In this document: positions 62,163 to 64,000 of the stretch, in pieces
Layout: the number at the start of each line of letters is the position of its first letter
Position numbering within the stretch: position 1 is the first letter of the stretch
NCBI GenBank assembly: GCA_964016885.1
Contig: OZ024740.1
Coordinates: 49,104,001 to 49,168,000 of the forward strand
Length of the DNA: 64,000 nucleotides
Source of the DNA: Eledone cirrhosa
Lineage: Eukaryota
Direction: 5' to 3'
The notes under the pieces: generated by a model
Databases searched by the model: none
What the model was told of the DNA's origin: nothing
The model's input: only the letters and a program-made list of their open reading frames with translations
Position numbers and translations under genes: made by a program

Positions 62163-62544
62163 TAGAGAGATATACACCCACATATTTAGACAAAGAAAAA
62201 CCCCATACACGACATATACACACAGTCTCGTTCTCACGTCTACATTTTTCATTTGCTCCCTTCTCTCTTCATCCTCCCATATATATATATATATATATAT
62301 ATGTTCGAGGTTAACTTTGCCTTTCATCCTTACGGGATCGATAAAATAAAGTACCAGTAATGCACTGGATATTGCTGGCCTTGTGCCAAACGTAGAAACA
62401 ATTATATTATACATACATACATATCTACCTGGTTGATGTGTAAATTCCAATCAGAGAGTCTTATATCTATGTTAGAAACCGACTCTCTCTCTCTATTGGT
62501 AAACATTTATAAAACCAGAACATACATACATACATACAAACAAA

Positions 62545-62800
62545 CAACACCGGAAACTTCCACATCAACAGTAACATAGACGGCCTCTACTTGAAACGTA
62601 AGCAGGGAGGCAGAGGCCTAATATCGATCCAGACAGCATTTGAGCGTCGCATCATATCTCTCCGACAATATTTACAAACCTTCAAGCGAAGGAGCCTATC
62701 TATTGAGCAAGTCTGTCTGTCTGAGACAGATAAGATTAAAAAAAGAGTTGGGAAGGAACTTCTTGAAATACACTCCCTGCATGATAATCTTTTGTCTGGT
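62545..62800 (+). mobile_element. R4/Dong-like non-LTR retrotransposon fragment
   Basis: GNFHINSNIDGLYLKRKQGGRGLISI resembles the LYxxRxxGGRGL post-RT motif; follows (TACA)n. Confidence 0.6.
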
Positions 62801-64000
62801 AAGCTTTTAGACCAGAGCTTCTCACCCCCCCCCCCCCCCGGCCATGTAATACCCTCAGCGCCCCCATCCCTATTTCCAGACAGACCTACCTACACGCAAC
62901 TTATAAATAATATATAATAAATAAAATCCTTAATTTATATATAATGATTTCTAGTATAGGCCTAGATATATAATGATTTCTAGTATAGTACAAGGCCAGT
63001 AATTTGGAGAAGGGGGGGGGGGGAGTCGATTAAATCGACTCCAGTACATTACTGGTGCTTTATTTTATCGACCTCATGTATAAATAAATATTATATATTT
63101 TTTAATTTACTATATTTATATGTAATATGTATCATTTTATATTTAATATACTATTATATCTCTACTACCCCTTAGGCCCCAGTACCCCCTGAACCTTCTC
63201 AATGCCCCCAGGTGGTGGTAGTGCCCACTTTGAGAACTTCTGTTTTAGACAGTTTGAAATAAATGCGAACAAAAATAAATATGAACATATAAATGGCATA
63301 AATAGTTCAGTGAGTGGTAATATATTTAACGTAATAAGGGGAAAAAATCAATTAATTACATCTTCGTTCCTTTGTCTTGATCAGATTTGCTTAACATTAG
63401 TCTCTCAGTACGTTACACCTCCTTACTGCAACAGTAATTTTAATTAATTGAAATGTTTTTGTGAGCATTCACTCAACTATTGTGTTTTGTGCACAAGGGG
63501 TGTCTAGGTAATTTTAGTTGGGGATTATTGGAACGGCGTATCAAATGGAATTTTTGTTTGGTAAAGTATTACACCGCACGCTTTAAAAGATAACAGCTCA
63601 AGGACGGTGAATTAGCAGAATTGTTAAAGAGTGGATCGTAATGCTTTGCGATATCTAATCTCACTCTGTGCGTTTTGAGTTCAAATCCCGCCTCTTACTG
63701 CCAGGAGTAGCGACCAGTATCAATAGTAGAAACATGTTTCCTTAGTCCGATCTGACGACCAAATCCGTTTTTTTTAAAAATATAAAACAACGAATTGTGG
63801 GAAAAACTCCTACTTGTCATTGACGAGATGAATGAACTGTTAAATTCATCAACCGTTCATCCACCACGACAGTCTGATATAGGTGGTTCTTCCCTATGAC
63901 ACCATATCGCTTCTATGACTCCATATTCAAATAAATAAAAAAATTATCGGCTGAATACATATGGCTGAATACAATAAATGTAATCTGGCTGAATACAATA

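Overview
AT-rich, repeat-dense eukaryotic genomic DNA. The (AT)n/(GT)n/(GAT)n microsatellites, tRNA-derived SINEs and RTE LINEs are what I associate with octopus genomes; this is an inference. The host gene is the 3' part of DEPDC5/Iml1 (GATOR1 subunit) on the + strand. I traced 16 GT-AG exons from 7122 to the TGA at 50352-50354 with all phases consistent (about 770 aa: end of SHEN, DEP domain, C-terminal domain). Its introns hold a full-length CsRN1-type Ty3/gypsy LTR element (11112-17318, minus strand, TATG target-site duplication), many RTE LINE copies with a PHD finger inside the RT, a mariner relic, hAT/piggyBac/pogo-type MITEs and SINEs. Downstream are Helitron-like elements, a tRNA-Arg(UCG) gene and a Penelope-like element (RT + GIY-YIG) bounded by inverted pseudo-LTRs. 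The most interesting signal is hammerhead-ribozyme-like RNA. There is a minimal hammerhead in the Penelope pLTR, a second unrelated type I hammerhead inside a 128-bp palindrome about 110 bp away, and a degenerate third in a DEPDC5 intron. In both inverted structures the inversion junction falls at the CUGANGA core. Most short ORFs in the supplied track are microsatellite or antisense artefacts.
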